Assembly: GCA_028292265.1 (NCBI GenBank)
Contig: JAQGMR010000017.1
Span: forward strand, 7,855-71,854
Direction: 5' to 3'
Source of the DNA: Herminiimonas sp.
GTDB lineage: Bacteria; Pseudomonadota; Gammaproteobacteria; Burkholderiales; Burkholderiaceae_D
DNA: 64,000 bases
Below are positions 60,679 to 64,000 of this stretch, in pieces. Position numbers and translations under genes: made by a program. The first letter of the stretch is position 1, and the number at the start of each line of letters is the position of its first letter. The notes under the pieces were generated by a model. That model was not told the DNA's origin. It did no database searches and was given only the letters and a program-made list of their open reading frames with translations.

Positions 60679-61470
60679 TCACTGCTCTAGAACGTCGGCG
60701 CCCTTGGGCAGCACAAATTTGAAGGCGTTGGCCGGCAGTGGCGGGTTCTTTTCAAAGCGGACGAAGGACAACAGCGACATCTGGCCGAAGGAGTCACGCA
60801 ACTCCATGGCGGCCGGCATGCCGTCTCGCATGCCGATGCCGATGCTGTCGAAGGTCGTGTCCTTTGCCTTGGGCACCGCTTGCAGCCATTCCAGTCCATC
60901 CCTGCTGCCGGCATCCTTTAGCGTGAAATTCTTTTCCAGGTCGTTGCTGCCGAACAGGATCGCCGCAGGCGAGGAACCAAGCGCGTTGCCAAGTTTCCGC
61001 GTCGTCACCTGGTTCAATTCCTTGTCGTAGATGTAGAGCTTGTCGCCGTCGGCCTGCAGCACCTGCTCGTACGGCTTCTGGTAGGTCCAGATAAATTTGC
61101 CGGGCCGCGCGAACTGGAAAGTGCCAGTTGAAGCGCTGGAGACAGCCAGCTTGCCCGCCACTTTGCCGTCAGCCGCGTTATTGGCGGCAGTGCTTCCCGC
61201 GTTGTTGCCAGTCCCGCTGCTGGTTGCGCTGCTTCCAGCATTGGGGGCGGCACCGTTCCCAGCGTTGTTTGCAGCGCCATTCGCGGCGTTGCCAGCCTTT
61301 TTATCCGCCTTCACCAGGCGCTGGGAGAATTCGCCCTTCGCCGACTGGGTGCTGGCCACAAAGTTCTTGAACTGGTCCAGCGCCGAGGCTTGGGCCAGTA
61401 TGGGCAGGCAAGCCCCAGCCACTACCAGCGCGGCGCCGCCCACATGCTTCAATACTGTAAGTCGATTCAA
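60679..61470 (-). CDS. lolA: Outer-membrane lipoprotein chaperone LolA carrying a ~59-aa low-complexity insertion
   Basis: Signal peptide, [21 protein letters not shown], then [39 protein letters not shown] and [17 protein letters not shown]. The conserved lolA-rarA neighbourhood supports the call. Confidence 0.88.
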   Translation of the reverse strand: MNRLTVLKHVGGAALVVAGACLPILAQASALDQFKNFVASTQSAKGEFSQRLVKADKKAGNAANGAANNAGNGAAPNAGSSATSSGTGNNAGSTAANNAADGKVAGKLAVSSASTGTFQFARPGKFIWTYQKPYEQVLQADGDKLYIYDKELNQVTTRKLGNALGSSPAAILFGSNDLEKNFTLKDAGSRDGLEWLQAVPKAKDTTFDSIGIGMRDGMPAAMELRDSFGQMSLLSFVRFEKNPPLPANAFKFVLPKGADVLEQ

Positions 61471-61479
61471 GTAATGTCC

Positions 61480-63828
61480 TTATTCAGCGGTGCCTGCCGG
61501 CACGAGGATGTCGCGGTTTCCGTTCGACTGCATTGCAGATACGACACCGCTTGTCTCCATCTGTTCCAGCAAGCGGGCGGCGCGATTGTAACCAATTCTC
61601 AGGTGGCGCTGCACCAGCGAAATCGATGCGCGCCGGTTTTTCAGCACGATCGCCACTGCCTGGTCGTACATGACATCCGACTCGCCGCCGCCGGCGACCG
61701 AGCCCTCGACCGAAAGGCCACCGTCCGCGCCGTCTTCCGCTATGCCGCCTTCAAGAATGCCCTCGATGTAATTCGGCTCGCCCTGCGACTTCAGATAGTC
61801 GACTACCCGGTGCACTTCCTCGTCTGACACGAATGCGCCATGCACCCGCATCGGCAAGCCGGTTCCGGGCGGCATGTAGAGCATGTCGCCCATGCCAAGC
61901 AGGGCTTCCGCTCCCATCTGGTCGAGGATGGTGCGCGAGTCGATCTTGCTGCTGACCTGGAACGCGATGCGAGTTGGGATATTGGCCTTGATCAGGCCGG
62001 TGATGACGTCGACCGATGGACGCTGCGTGGCGAGAATCAGGTGAATGCCGGCCGCTCGCGCCTTCTGCGCAATGCGGGCGATCAGTTCTTCGATCTTCTT
62101 CCCGACAACCATCATCAGGTCGGCCAACTCGTCGATGATGACGACGATCGTGGGCAACGCGTCGAGCGGCTCCGGCGCATCCGGCGTAAGGCTGAAGGGA
62201 TTGGGAATCTTTTCTTCCTTGCGGGCCGCGTCGGCAATCTTCACGTTGTAGCCTGCCAGGTTGCGCACGCCGAGCTTGGACATCAGCTTGTAGCGCCGCT
62301 CCATTTCATTCACGGCCCAGTTCAGCGCGTGAGCGGCCTGGCGCATGTCTGTTACGACCGGCGCGAGTAAATGCGGAATGCCTTCATAGATCGACAGTTC
62401 CAGCATCTTCGGATCGATCAATATCAGGCGTACCTGGTTCGGGTCCGACTTGTAGAGCAGCGAAAGGATGGTGGCATTGATACCGACCGACTTGCCCGAA
62501 CCGGTTGTACCGGCCACCAGCAGATGCGGCATTTTTGCCAGATCGGCGACAACTGGATTGCCGCCAATATCCTTGCCGAGCGCGATGGTCAGGCTGGAGA
62601 CGCCGTCGTTGTAGACCTTGGAGCCGAGGATTTCCGTCAGGCGCACAATCTGCCGCTTGGGATTGGGCAGTTCAAGGCCCATGAAGTTTTTGCCGGGGAT
62701 CGTCTCGACGACCCGGATGGAAGTCAGCGACAGCGCACGCGCCAGGTCGCGCGCGAGACCGACGATCTGGCTGCCCTTGACCCCAACTGCCGGTTCGATT
62801 TCGTAGCGCGTAATGACCGGGCCGGGATAAGCGGCGACCACTTTCACTTCCACGCCGAAGTCGGACAGTTTTTTCTCGATCAGGCGGCTGGTGAACTCCA
62901 GGGTTTCCACGCTCACCGTTTCCTGCGCTTGCGGCGCCTCATCGAGCAGCGATAGCGGCGGCAGATTGGTATCGGGCAGATCAACAAACAATGCGACCTG
63001 CTTTTCCTTCTCGACGCGCTCCGAGCGCGGCACGGCAACCACCTGCGGTTCGATGCGGATTGGCGGTGCTTCGACGATGCGAGCACGCTCCTGGACGACG
63101 GTCGTTTCCCGCTTGACGGCGGCGACCTCGCCGACCTTGCGATCCTGGCGCGCAGCGATCAGATTGCGGATTGCATTCAATCCGGTTTCCAGCCCGCCGC
63201 CGATGCGTTCAGCCACGCTCAGCCACGAGACATGAAAATAAAGACTGAAGCCTGTACCGAAAAGCAGCAACAGGAACAGTGTGGCGCCGGTGAAGCCGAG
63301 CGCGCTGTGGGCAGCGCTGCCAATGATATCGCCGAGAACGCCGCCAGGCGCCCGCGGCAGCTGCGCTTTCATGCTTTGCATGCGCACGAACTCGATACCC
63401 ATGCTGCCGGCGAGGAGCAGCGCGAAGCCGGCGACCCGAATCCATTTTTCATGCTGGTGCGCCGGCTCTGGCTTCGACTCGCGATCTACCAGAAAACGGG
63501 CCGACAGCTCGCGATAGCCTTTCCACGTCAGGTCAAACAGCATGACGCACCACCACCATGCCGAAAATCCGAATATGAAAAGCATCAGGTCGGCCGTCCA
63601 GGCGCCGAAGCGCCCGCCGAGGTTGTGGAGGGAGGCGACCTGGCTGGCGTGGGACCACCCGGGATCGATCCTGGCGTAAGTCAGCAGGATGAGAACGAGG
63701 TAGACCGACAGGGCCAATTGCGCCATCCAGCGGGCTTCGGACAGGAGAACCACGAGCCGGCCCGGCAGGGGCGCAGCGGGCGTGGTGTTTCGGGTATAGG
63801 TTTGGGCTGTTCTGCTCATAAAAGGCAC
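61480..63828 (-). CDS. ftsK: DNA translocase FtsK
   Basis: 782 aa with N-terminal TM helices, Walker [15 protein letters not shown], Walker [13 protein letters not shown], and a gamma (KOPS-reading) domain [25 protein letters not shown]. Confidence 0.95.
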   Translation of the reverse strand: MPFMSRTAQTYTRNTTPAAPLPGRLVVLLSEARWMAQLALSVYLVLILLTYARIDPGWSHASQVASLHNLGGRFGAWTADLMLFIFGFSAWWWCVMLFDLTWKGYRELSARFLVDRESKPEPAHQHEKWIRVAGFALLLAGSMGIEFVRMQSMKAQLPRAPGGVLGDIIGSAAHSALGFTGATLFLLLLFGTGFSLYFHVSWLSVAERIGGGLETGLNAIRNLIAARQDRKVGEVAAVKRETTVVQERARIVEAPPIRIEPQVVAVPRSERVEKEKQVALFVDLPDTNLPPLSLLDEAPQAQETVSVETLEFTSRLIEKKLSDFGVEVKVVAAYPGPVITRYEIEPAVGVKGSQIVGLARDLARALSLTSIRVVETIPGKNFMGLELPNPKRQIVRLTEILGSKVYNDGVSSLTIALGKDIGGNPVVADLAKMPHLLVAGTTGSGKSVGINATILSLLYKSDPNQVRLILIDPKMLELSIYEGIPHLLAPVVTDMRQAAHALNWAVNEMERRYKLMSKLGVRNLAGYNVKIADAARKEEKIPNPFSLTPDAPEPLDALPTIVVIIDELADLMMVVGKKIEELIARIAQKARAAGIHLILATQRPSVDVITGLIKANIPTRIAFQVSSKIDSRTILDQMGAEALLGMGDMLYMPPGTGLPMRVHGAFVSDEEVHRVVDYLKSQGEPNYIEGILEGGIAEDGADGGLSVEGSVAGGGESDVMYDQAVAIVLKNRRASISLVQRHLRIGYNRAARLLEQMETSGVVSAMQSNGNRDILVPAGTAE

Positions 63829-64000
63829 GGGCTTGATCGTCTATAATCTTACCCAGTTTTTGATGCAGCATGGCATTAATCAAGATTGTTGACGCGTTCT
63901 TGCCGAGTTCTTGCGTAGTTGTTGCCGGTTGTTGCTGGGTTGTTGAATTTCGGCGACTGGCCAGCATATGTGGAGCATGCGGTTCGCCGGATTTCCGGCA

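Noticed and set aside
63829-64000. Possible start of a plus-strand gene at ATG 63967 upstream of ftsK.
   Set aside because: Only 11 codons are visible and they match nothing recognisable. The evidence is insufficient.

Overview
This is a chromosomal segment of roughly 60% GC. Gene order (ftsH-rlmE / yhbY / greA-carBA, pstSCAB-phoUBR, serS + tRNA-Ser, rarA-lolA-ftsK) and the protein sequences look betaproteobacterial, probably Burkholderiales or Oxalobacteraceae-like. All calls were made by eye from motifs; no searches were run. Most of the window is core housekeeping. Four blocks stand out. (1) A phosphate and polyphosphate supercluster (10.6-33.1 kb) holds phoR-phoB-phoU-pstBACS, ppk1 and ppx. 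About 11.6 kb sits wedged between ppk1 and ppx: a large phosphoesterase lipoprotein, a di-heme peroxidase, a prolyl-hydroxylase-like oxygenase, a PlcP-like phosphoesterase/GT28 glycosyltransferase/membrane-protein operon, and a histone-H1-like/RHH protein. (2) The most unusual object is a 2197-aa soluble hybrid histidine kinase (33552-40145). Its first ~1290 residues are an uninterrupted run of ~27 HAMP domains, encoded by twelve exact-length 276-bp tandem repeats. A GAF domain, a kinase core and three receivers follow, and a REC-HisKA_3 kinase comes next with no output regulator in sight. (3) An accessory stretch beside tRNA-Ser carries an orphan Ku, a MerR-TPR protein and a RES-Xre toxin-antitoxin pair. 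(4) A sulfur module (split YeeE/YedE, persulfide dioxygenase, soxYZAX, DUF302, DsrE-like) lacks soxB and soxCD, and contains a 154-bp non-coding array of fourteen helically phased 11-bp repeats. Many long track ORFs are antisense artefacts of GC-rich genes and were discarded.
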